From assembly GCF_001949145.1 (NCBI RefSeq), contig NW_019091357.1:2952859-3016858 (forward strand): a stretch of DNA of 64,000 nt, in the 5' to 3' direction. The notes beneath the pieces were generated by a model. It searched no databases and had not been told where the DNA came from. It saw only the letters and a list, made by a program, of their open reading frames with translations. This DNA comes from Acanthaster planci (Eukaryota). Positions 12,005 to 22,734 of the stretch are shown here, piece after piece (the stretch's first letter is position 1; each line of letters starts with the position of its first letter). A program made the position numbers and the translations under genes.

Positions 12005-12603
12005 NNNNNNNNNNNNNNNNNNNNNNNNNNNNNNNNNNNNNNNNNNNNNNNNNNNNNNNNNNNNNNNNNNNNNNNNNNNNNNNNNNNNNNNNNNNNNNNN
12101 NNNNNNNNNNNNNNNNNNNNNNNNNNNNNNNNNNNNNNNNNNNNNNNNNNNNNNNNNNNNNNNNNNNNNNNNNNNNNNNNNNNNNNNNNNNNNNNNNNNN
12201 NNNNNNNNNNNNNNNNNNNNNNNNNNNNNNNNNNNNNNNNNNNNNNNNNNNNNNNNNNNNNNNNNNNNNNNNNNNNNNNNNNNNNNNNNNNNNNNNNNNN
12301 NNNNNNNNNNNNNNNNNNNNNNNNNNNNNNNNNNNNNNNNNNNNNNNNNNNNNNNNNNNNNNNNNNNNNNNNNNNNNNNNNNNNNNNNNNNNNNNNNNNN
12401 NNNNNNNNNNNNNNNNNNNNNNNNNNNNNNNNNNNNNNNNNNNNNNNNNNNNNNNNNNNNNNNNNNNNNNNNNNNNNNNNNNNNNNNNNNNNNNNNNNNN
12501 NNNNNNNNNNNNNNNNNNNNNNNNNNNNNNNNNNNNNNNNNNNNNNNNNNNNNNNNNNNNNNNNNNNNNNNNNNNNNNNNNNNNNNNNNNNNNNNNNNNN
12601 NNN
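12005..12603. other. Assembly gap (N run)
   Basis: Run of N. Confidence 1.
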
Positions 12604-13512
12604 AGAATATTTTTCTGCCAAAACTGTGTACTGGAGATGGACAAGGGTGGAAGTCCTTGGGGCTGAAAGTCTGGGAGCTGATAGGGAGGGTTGAGTGGAT
12701 GGCTGAGGGCTTGGGACTATCAGTATTAGAGCTCTGAGGATTCCATGGGGTTGAAGGACATAGCTTCTTAATGTTCCATATTGCTATTGGGTGCATTGTA
12801 GCCCTTATAAAATTGAGACTAAAAGGCTCCAAGAGGGAACTTTATATAAGGAGCTGGGAAGATGTTTAAGACTGACGGGGCTTTCATGTAGGATGAGGCT
12901 GTAATGTAAAATCTAAAGATGGTAACAGATGTAAACTCTGGCAGTGTAAAATGGTCCAGATTAGGAGAAGGGTGAAGTGGCAAAGTACTACAGTTTTACA
13001 AATAGATATACATGTACAAACAGGTTGGGCTAGTTTAAATAAATGAACATTTATTTCACTTGCAAATAGAAATTAGCTGGTTATAGCAATAAATGGCGAT
13101 TGTTTTACATACACACAAAGCATTTTTGCAAAGTAATATTTTCAAATGAAACAAATTTCAAGTCAGTGCTAAAAGGTCCTTAGAATGCACTAATAGGTGT
13201 TTAGTGAAAAATGTTGTTTGAAACATTTATTTGGGAAACAGAATTGGTTGAAATTAAACACGTTGGCCACAAAAAACTAGTTTTGTGACTGAAAAATAAA
13301 CTTTTTAAATCAAGTGTTTCTTTCGTGTACAGAGTAAGGCCTCAAGAGTGTTTTCAAAAATTACATTTTTGCAGTAATGACCTTTCAGCACTGAGCCAAC
13401 AATTTGCGACTTTTTTCTAATGCTCTGGCAATGTGGATGTACAACTTGGAAAATACAAAATGCACATAGACTTTTGTCCCAGGAAAAACTTATAAAAATG
13501 AACAAAGAAATT

Positions 13513-13584
13513 GACTGGAGTGGGATTTGAACCTGCGACCTCTGGAACACTGTACCAGTGCTCTACCCACTGAGCTATCCAGCC
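13513..13584 (-). pseudogene. tRNA-like sequence (pseudo-tRNA or tRNA-derived repeat head)
   Basis: GGCTGGA TA GCTC AGTGGGTA GAGC A CTGGT ACAGTGT TCCAG AGGTC GCAGG TTCAAAT CCCAC TCCAGTC. Acceptor and D stems pair, but the T stem has two mismatches and U33 is absent. Confidence 0.7.
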
Positions 13585-14519
13585 CTATGTCGGTGGTGGT
13601 TCCCATTTGTCAATATCTCTGTTTGGGAGGCGAACTTGTTAAAAGTGAGGTTCAGGACAACCACTGGGTTGACTGAACAGTGCTGGTATTTGGGCTGCCT
13701 GAATGGGAACATTATTCAAATTTTAAAAGCATGCAATAGTTACAAGCTTTTAGTCCTCAAAAGAAGTAGTATCAAAGTGTCTAGAGTCTTTCCAAATGGT
13801 AATTATTTGCAAATATTGAAGTACATGTATAGCACTTGATAAATGTAAACATGAATGTTTCTAAATGTGCATTAATATGAGTCGATGCGTTACGATGAAG
13901 AGATACAAATTAAAGGCGAACAAGTCTTCTTCAAAAGCAAACTGACCAATTGTCCATTCAGTTTACAGAGTAACTCTCAAGTCATGAATATTTTGGATAC
14001 AAGTACAGTACAACGTCACTATACTGAACAATTCGGTATACAGAACATGCCTCTTGGCTCCCAAATTTTCTGTGCACTGAACATCATAAATTGGCTTTAA
14101 AGAAAAAAATTTAGGGCTGATGACAGACACTCGAAAGTTAAGATGTCAATAAACTCCGAAATTGGAACGGCCATGTTATGAGCCCATAGCAAAACAAGCA
14201 GCCGCATAAGAGAATCTGTTTTACACGAACAAGAACATACAGGTATGTAAAACAACTGACATTTCAGCATGGGAAATAGCACCCTCTTTTTTCTGCAAAT
14301 TGCACCCTCTGTTTTGGCAAATAGCGCCCTCTTTTGCCAGGACTTACCCCCCCCCTTTTTTTATGGAAATCGGAACATTTTGATTTTTAGACCTATGAAA
14401 ATGCGACAATTGGAACAGTACCAATGAAATCGCAATAGTTGGGGAGGTATGCAACACCAAGCATTGTGTATGGACCCCGCCCTGTTCATTATAGCAGCAT
14501 TGCACTGTATACCAATATA

Positions 14520-14830
14520 CACTACTCAAAAAAATTAAAGGATCAGACATTTGTCTTTGAAAATTTCAGCCAGGTGTGTACGTCATTGCCTTCACTTATT
14601 GGACACTGGAGCTCATGTTCATGCTTGGTTGAGCACCACAGAATGTGAGACAGTGCAATTGGTTAGTCGCGTTTCAGAGCCCCATTAGCTAGCAGTGTCA
14701 AAAAGCATTGGTGATGTGTATTGCTTAGGTATAGCACAAGTTCAAAATGGCCACGTTTCACTCCCTTTGCACATGGAATGACTCTGAGGCAAGGGGGTGA
14801 GAGACTGGGAGTGTCTCAGAGAGCTGGGGG
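14520..14830 (+). mobile_element. Tc1-like transposon 5' fragment
   Basis: TA|CACTACTCAAAAAAATTAAAGGATCA resembles Tc1-family termini. A degenerate transposase start (..PRFTPFAHGM..LGVSQ) follows. Confidence 0.5.
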
Positions 14831-15191
14831 GGGTTACAATGACATGAATGAGCTGGCCAGTACTATACAACCCTATCGTTGTACAATAGTGTACACGTAT
14901 GTATCTCACTTTAGGACATTTTGAGAAAAAGTGACTGAAATAGTGGACCTTTTACCATTTTGTGTTTACGTTTTGAAAACTGTGAAGCTGTTTTTTGCTG
15001 ACAACCAGAAATTTGATTTCTTTGTATTAATCATCATTTTTACAGGTAATTATAAAAAGAAGTGATTTGGGGGAAGATATGCAAACAGATACATGTCACA
15101 CATTGCATAGGGTCTCAACAGTAACATAATTTTTTCATGCCGAGATACATACATCTTCAAAGTGCTTCAGTTCTGTGATTCGAAATTACAA

Positions 15192-15291
15192 ACAGCACCC
15201 CCACATTAGGGCAATATCATTCTATCTCATGAACAGCGCCCCCACATTACCGCGATATCATTCTAACTCATAAAAAGCGCCCCCACATTAC
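15192..15291. repeat. Minisatellite, ~41-bp unit, running into the gap
   Basis: aacagc(a/g)cccccacatta..(c/g)atatcattcta(t/a)ctcat repeated about 2.5 times before the N run. Confidence 0.8.
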
Positions 15292-15567
15292 NNNNNNNNN
15301 NNNNNNNNNNNNNNNNNNNNNNNNNNNNNNNNNNNNNNNNNNNNNNNNNNNNNNNNNNNNNNNNNNNNNNNNNNNNNNNNNNNNNNNNNNNNNNNNNNNN
15401 NNNNNNNNNNNNNNNNNNNNNNNNNNNNNNNNNNNNNNNNNNNNNNNNNNNNNNNNNNNNNNNNNNNNNNNNNNNNNNNNNNNNNNNNNNNNNNNNNNNN
15501 NNNNNNNNNNNNNNNNNNNNNNNNNNNNNNNNNNNNNNNNNNNNNNNNNNNNNNNNNNNNNNNNNNN
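15292..15567. other. Assembly gap (N run)
   Basis: Run of N. Confidence 1.
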
Positions 15568-17926
15568 CGACCTGGACAAGGTGCTGACCAAAGTTTTTAT
15601 TCATCGTCGATCATGAGATTTCAGTACTCTGTAGCGGAAGTTTCTTGTTTTGATGCCAGAAAATAGCCAAATTAAATGACGCTCATTTTTTGCAATGTGA
15701 ATATCATTTGTTTAAATTATTGATCACTACGTATGACCCTTTGATCCTTTGAGTAGTGTACAAATGCAGATAGACTTGCTCCATCACTAAGGTGGAAGCA
15801 AGGAACTGCATCTCTGAGAAGATTGAGTCCTTTCCTTGCCTTTTTGAGAATCAATGCCCAAGATTCTGACGAGGATCCCTCATGCAATCTTGGAAACTGT
15901 TCCTCCTCAGTGATGGAGGCGAGGACTGGCATCTGGCATCTATCTGAGTTACTTCCTCTTGCTGACATTCTCATGAACCATCTCTGTGCAGTCCCATAGG
16001 ATCTTGTCCTCCATCGTCCTTCTCTCCAGGTTGAAGGAGGCGAGGGCGCTCTTCTCAGCATCATGGTCTGCTTCTCCTGGGGCATACCCACAGCTTTCAT
16101 ATGAGGAGGCCTGGGGACGAAATTAATGACAAAAGGAACTAAGTTGCAGCAGAAATTGAGACATTACTTCAGAATTATTTTATTTATAAAATTATTTAAA
16201 TTATTTATTTTATTATTTAAAATAAATTTATTTTTAGACCTTTTATTTCATAAAAAGTGTTAGTGTGTATTGCTTTTCATCTATTTTTATGTCGGAAAAT
16301 GAACTATGATGAGGATTCCTTTGACACTGCTGACCCATTACTTCTGAAAGTGTTTGTGATTTGTACTCTTTGTTAAAAATATTTTTCTAGACACCCCTTT
16401 AGGGTTTAGTGAATCGGAAGTGAGATTTTTCCTAACAAGCGAGGGCGCTGTTTTACAGTAATACTGTACCATCAACCAGAGAAGACCACAAACCTAAAAT
16501 ATCTATGGATCAACAACTCCTACAGAAATCAATAATTGTTCCCGAAAGTGTGGGCAGAAATATTTCAACAGAATGCTCAAGTCTGTTGAGTTGGATGCAA
16601 ATCGGAAATTTTGGATGGTGACTGAAATACTGTTACGTTTTTACAACATGGTCCCTTTTTGTGTTTAGGTTCAATATTTGTCAAAATTAAGGTAGATCCC
16701 TCTTTAAATAAGACCTCTGAACACTTAAATTTCTAGACTTTATTTTTGAAATGATTTGGCAACACAGTTCTCAGTGCTCTATCAATTAGAACTTGAGAAA
16801 ATATGTTAAATTTGCTTTCAAAATATTCACTTATTAACAGGGTTGTCAGGAACTTATCTGAATTTTTCGTAATGTGCACCGTGGCTTCTACTAATGGCTT
16901 GTAATAATGGGCAATATTATGAGGAAGAAAACTTGAACTGTGCCCCTGCTGTTGTTGGTCTAAAGGTATTATATGTCTGTGATTAGACGCATCATTTTCT
17001 GAGTTTCGCTATTAAAACTATGAAACCCAAATTACTCCTTGAACATGTTGAATATGTCTCAGGAAATGTGGACCATCAATCAACGGTAATTTGTCATGAA
17101 ACAGCAACAAACCATGAAGGAAAAGGAACTTTAGGCCAGGAAAATGTGAACTATTCCAGTACAGTGGGTGCATTCAACTAGCTTGCCCTGGTACAAGGGT
17201 TTAACCTCATCCCTTTTGTCTTAATTGGTTTATAACACAATGCACATAACCATCCCTCGGTCAGGGTTGCCATAAAAGCTAGCCACAAGCACCCAAGGGC
17301 GGATACAGGACCCAATTTTGGGAGGGGGGGTGGGGAATGGGAACAAACTCTTCTGGGGGGGCCAAGTTTTTTTTTTTTCATTTTTAAAGTTGTTTCAGGG
17401 GTTAGGCTACATTTCCACTTTCAAAAGAGGGGAAATTAAATAGACCAAAAAGATCATTTCATTTTTTTAAATAAACAATTTTGCTCCTTTTTTGGTCACG
17501 ATCCCAATTGGCCCCTCCCCCTTTCCTGGATTCATCCTTGCCGAAAGCCAGCAATGATATGAAACACAGGACTCTTACCTGTGCTACTCATGAAGTAACC
17601 TGCCTCTTCACTTTGGAGATATCATCAGTCAGTCCACTTGCACCATGACACTAGCCAGCCTCAACATTCATGTAGGCAGCCATGGCAGTACATGTACATT
17701 CACCTGGCAACGAGGCCTTCCCAAATCTAAACACAGGGAAAAATGACAAAAAACAAGAAAAGGTCATCTGAGGATTTTCAGTCACACTGTTATAGTAATT
17801 TTTTTCCTCAATTAGCAAAACATCCACGTTTCAACCCATCACCTCTTATTGTGGGTCGCTGTTAAATTTGTAAAACCATACAAGTACAGTGCTGGGGAGT
17901 GCAGGGTGTAACAGGCTGGGTGGGGT

Positions 17927-18217
17927 CAGGACCCAATTTCATGGGGTTTCTTAACACAGTCTGAAGAAAAATTGGGCTAACTTTAGCAGAAAAACGTGCT
18001 AACCTTGTGCACTATTTCATGGCGGTGTAGGGGTGGTTGTGCTAACGGCTGCATGCGGATAGAGATTTCTATTGTTACATCACTAAGTTTAAGCACATCT
18101 TTCCTCCAAGGTGTGGATGCATTTGGCTGTACCTGCTGTTTATGGTATGCATGAAATACGCGGAGCCTCTGCAAGCATGAAATCACGTGCTAAGCAGCGC
18201 CGAGAAATTGGGCCCTG
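17927..18217. mobile_element. MITE
   Basis: TIR CAGG(A/G)CCCAATTTC ... GAAATTGGGCCCTG, with GT on both flanks. Confidence 0.65.
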
Positions 18218-18228
18218 GTTGTTACAAG

Positions 18229-18511
18229 CAAGGTTCCCATGAAATCTGAAAAACAAATTCAGTGACCTTTCCTGCACTTTCCAGAACTAAAATATGACAA
18301 TTTCCATGACATTTAATGTCACTCTGCACAGAAAATTTGTTTGGTATAATAAACGGGAAGACTGCCATAGCCACTATCCATAACCACCATCAAAATCATA
18401 TTTATACAATCTTGATTTCCATGATTTTTCCTCAGACCAATTGTCCATGAGTTTTCCATGACTTGCCGGGACAACTTTTTCCCAGGATTTTCAATGACTG
18501 TGGGAACCCTG
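18229..18511. mobile_element. MITE
   Basis: TIR CA(A/G)GGTTCCCA ... TGGGAACCCTG, with a TACAAG direct repeat on both flanks. Confidence 0.65.
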
Positions 18512-21364
18512 TACAAGGACAAATGGGTTCAAAGTACCGTACAGTCTATCATTTGCAGTTATCCAAAAGGTATCCAAAATTGTTGTTGAAAAGCATACTT
18601 GGTTTAGATAGAGGACTAAATTCTGTGAGAAACTGTTCTTTCTGGCAAACGGTCATCATGAAGAAACAATGACTTCAAGCAGGCGCCTTCTCAAATTTTG
18701 TAACCAATGTAACCAAGCTCTTTTAGGGATAAGACGTTAGGAAGTACCAGGGCCAAATCTACCTGCAAAAGTTGATTTCTTCACGGATGGCAAATATGAT
18801 TGACAAGTGACAGCTTTTGTACCTGCTGTTTTCTCCATCCACTGTTCTTGTTCCTCATCACTGTGGGAGTAGCTGTCACTTGGGTCCTCACTGGAACTTG
18901 AGTCTCTCTTGAGCCCACGTCTTGAGAAGAACACAAAAGAGGTAAAATATGGATATCATCACTGACTCTAGGTGTTAACTTCAGCAGTGAAAACAGAGTG
19001 GTGACTTCATCATAAAAAAATTGAAAAAATGAACAAAAAATGTAAGCATTATCATTCCTTAGAGGTAGCTGCATTGCATTGTTGAATTTGTAGAACAAAG
19101 GAAGTCACGGTACAAAGGTTTTGCATGGAATTGTTCATTTTCTTTTTGATATCTAGGGCCTTTTTACACACAGTCTGTGGACAAAGTACATGTACTTACC
19201 TTCTCTGTCTGTGCTACGGCTAACATCAGAGTCACCTTCATCATTTTCTGCGAGGCCAAACTTGTCAGAGCTGACAAAGTGTAGACAAAGTAATAATTAT
19301 TTAAGCAGCAAGACGTAAGGACAGCATAGAAAGACGGTGGTTTATGGAAACCTTTACGAATCCTAAAAAATCCTCTCCAGAGTGATACATTCTCCAAATT
19401 TCTACAGACATTTTATTAGTATTACTTATTTGGCCATCAAGCAAAACAATACAGAAACTGTCGGTGAAATAAAACAAACTCAACAAAACCAGAGGAAAAC
19501 AGGAAATAGATAGTGAGGTGGATGAATGGAGAGATAAGAAAGGGAAAAATAGGCAAAATGGAGACAGGGACTAAATAAAAGCATTATAAGCCGGCCTGGA
19601 TAGACAACAGTATAATTAAACACATTGGGCCAAGGACCTGTCTATCCAAACTTAAAATGCCAACACAGAACATATATACATATGTGATCAATCATTTGCA
19701 TATTGTCACTGCTCTGGGCCCAACCTCACTCAGCCAACGCACAACACCCCCACACACCCCAACCCATCCCACCTTTCTCAAGATACATCTACATCCTGCT
19801 CAAGCCAGTTGCTGTCCTAGTGAAACGGCCCAGAGCACAGACAATATACATGAAATAGTGCATTTCTATATAATTGCTATAAAATTAGAATAACATCAAA
19901 AAATAACCTTTTAGAAGCTGGAAGTTCAAGTGTCATTATTCAGTTTAACAAGAAATTTCTGAACATTTCCAGGTATGTATGAATGCAAACTACAGGTCAT
20001 AAAAGTGGGCAATTGGGTTTCAAGAGAAACACGTTAGAGAGTCAACTATCGCAGAGTCCTTAATGTGAGATGGGAGGCTCGTCCAGATGCACGGAAATAA
20101 ACAGATTGGGGTGTTCTTCTCAAGGTCCCACCCAGGTCTCATACACGTATATAACCCTAACTGAAGATACCAAAAGTACCGTCCAATCTGGGCTAGGTGA
20201 CAGGCCCACGCTGAGAATAAGAACAGGATTGATGGGGAAAAGATATTTGCAATGTTGAGGAGGTTCACCTCCCGAACTGTGGGGTATGCCTACAGGATGT
20301 TCTAAAGTCACTAATCTGTGTGACTTGTGGCCATGTTTGTTTACATGGGATTGCAATGCTGTCTGTTTTTTGAAGCCAGCCTTTGAGGTACGGTATCATG
20401 ACCAGTGACGCAAATTCAACCTTTTCGATCAAATTTTCACATGAGAGCAACCTTAAGGTACCTACATATATACAGTACCTCTTCAAAACTGTGTAATTAA
20501 TGCTGTTTTCAGACTTAAAGACCAATCTCATTTTGAGAAATTGGAGGGTTTATTCATTTATCTCCCGTTTTCTTCCCAACAATCACATTGTACTGAACAA
20601 TCTGCGTGCATCACATGCTCAGTGCACATGCGCGGGCCAATTGCCAATTTAGGGGGCGAAATCTTGTTATTATCACATGAGTGGCCTCTGAGCTGTGTGA
20701 CTGGAGGGCTACCATCAGGCCAAGTGCTTTGCTAGCTGTGACAGGTTAAACACTGCCACCTCCAAAAATAGTTGAAATGACATGCGGAACTAGCTCGGCT
20801 ATACTGGCCCTTTCCTGTCCCTGCATGTGCACTGTGTGATGCACACAAAATGACGGGACGGTGCGATTGTTTGAAAGAATAAACAGAAGAACGATGAGGA
20901 AACCCTCTGTGATTTTTGGTGTAAAAACCTCCTTTAGCCTGGGTACCTCAAGCTTAATGGTTGCTCTCATTCTCAAGGGGAAATCTGATTGGAAACAAGT
21001 GGAATTTGCACATGTCAGTAGGCCACATGTGTAAATATAGTTAGCAATGTTAGAATTCTGGAAATACTTATATGTCAAAGTTTGTCAGTAAAGCAAGAAA
21101 GACTGGGATTTTGCCTTCTCATCTGAGGTAATTAATGATGCATCCAAGTGCCTGGCCTTCCCAAATTACAAAGCCAGGCATCTCATGTACATGTCAGTAT
21201 AGGACTGTATGTGTAAATAAAGTGTGTATACAATGTTAGAATTCTCGAAATACATGTACTTTAATACAGGTATGCTAAAGTGTGCTGAAACTAGCTTGGA
21301 AGATTTTTATTCATGCTGCAGCCAAGTTCCTGCCTTCAAGAGCTGACGAGACCGAGTTGTCTTG

Positions 21365-22485
21365 GGACAGAGTTGACCTGAGATGGAGTTGACTAGAAGC
21401 GAGTTGATTTCAGACCAAGTTGGCGACTTCACACTGACATGACTGATGAGTATACAGTGTGGCACATCGCCAAAATGCCATGTTTCGCTGAACCATATCC
21501 AAATCTTTAAAAAGGCAATTTGTAAGAGTCCAAGTTGCTCAGACCATTTAATTGATTGATCTACAGGAACAGGTACATCATCATGCACAGCATGCCAAAG
21601 TGAAGTTGGGCTTGTATCATATGTTGGATGGCCTTGTAATACAAGCTACAGGTAGGGGGGAGCACATCAGACCCAAGACTTGAGGGATAAACAATTTGCA
21701 AGATGTGTGCAAGTCATTAGTCACTAGTCATGCTAGTAACTTAATGGGCATATGATATAGGCCCTACTGTAGCTGTAGGCCTAGGCCTATAAGTTACCCA
21801 TGTCACTTTCATAGAAATGGGCCATGCACATGTACTGTAGCCAGTAAGCGTAGGCATGCCTAGCCTGCTAGTGTTGATCCTAGTCCTGTAATGGAACTGT
21901 TTGCCAGTCTAATGTGTTGTTTGTATTGTGCGCCGATTGGCAAGCTGGCTCAAGTTCCAAGGGTTGATCATCTATGTAAATAAACCAGTCGTTTTATGTC
22001 TGTATTTCTGTTATTAATTCACAATTTCTCGTGCTTCTGTCTACACAACCTGAACAAATATACGACAGGGAAACCGTCATAGTCCTTCATGTAGGATTAG
22101 TCTCAACATGGTATTTTCCTTTCGCCATGGTCTCATCACTCTCAACTGAAGCCTTACAAAGTTACATGATGTAGCATAGAGGAAGGAACACAGGCGGCAG
22201 GCCTATAAATTTATGTAAAGTATGGAATAATAAAAGCAAAATCCATTGTACCTACTCCATCAATGTCATCATGAAGGTGTGTCAGCGATTCCTCACTAAT
22301 TTCTTCAATACACAACGTCGCGAAAATTCGCTCTGATAGTATAGTACTACACGTGCACGTGTGTCACCGCACCCACGTGTTGTTTGCACTTGTTGCAGTG
22401 TATCTGTCTGTAGTCGGTCCGCCATATGTAAATGGTTTTCGATGCAGCGTCGATCAGCTTCGCGTAATTACGTCACGCACGGAGT
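21365..22485 (-). repeat. Right copy of the inverted duplication (partner 1595-2455)
   Basis: See the left copy. It carries an extra ~300 bp (about 21810-22105) absent from the left copy. Confidence 0.85.
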
Positions 22486-22490
22486 GCCTG

Positions 22491-22734
22491 GGCCGTTTTC
22501 CAATACTCGACTTGAGCTCCGTATCAGGCTTCAACTTTTTTTTTTTTTTTTACTTCCTGACTTTTAGGTTCTAAGCGCAGTAGTAAGTCTAATAGTGCCA
22601 AAAAATCAAGTAAGATGCAAAAGAGCCAAACATTACAGTACTTCAATGAACTTTAACAATTCAGGCCCACAATTGGGAATTAGTTTCCATCACGAAGTCT
22701 GCTACGGAGACGAATTGACTATTGGAAAACGGCC
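22491..22734. mobile_element. PIF/Harbinger-type MITE, copy 1
   Basis: TIR GGCCGTTTTCCAATA...TATTGGAAAACGGCC with 3-bp TSD CTG; homologous to 44560-44802. Confidence 0.85.

Larger units (their letters stand above)
15597..22440 (-). pseudogene. Putative spliced lncRNA or decayed gene; candidate exons ~22430-22256, 19270-19200, 18920-18823, 17726-17579, 16110-~15600
   Basis: Purine-rich exon-like blocks with same-strand splice sites (GGA|GTAGGT; GTCAG|..AAG|GTAAGT; CAAG|..CAG|GTACAA; TTTAG|..CAG|GTAAGA; CCCCAG|), AATAAA at ~15597-15602, and a CpG-rich 5' end. In-frame stops prevent a continuous ORF. Confidence 0.45.

Noticed and set aside
13513..13584. Functional tRNA gene
   Set aside because: T-stem mismatches, a T-T pair in the anticodon stem and no U33; better explained as a tRNA-derived repeat.
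15192..15291. CRISPR-like repeat array
   Set aside because: Eukaryotic context; the units are head-to-tail with no unique spacers, so it is a minisatellite.
6842..15604. Long ORFs containing X runs
   Set aside because: Artefacts of translating through N gaps.
20150..20170. TAACCCTAACTGA resembles the telomerase RNA template
   Set aside because: I see no downstream U-rich/A-rich pseudoknot or H/ACA architecture; a match this short can occur by chance.
1595..22485. Polinton/Maverick bounded by ~1-kb TIRs
   Set aside because: No polB, integrase, ATPase or capsid remnants in the visible sequence, no AG..CT termini or 6-bp TSD, and the arms are highly diverged.
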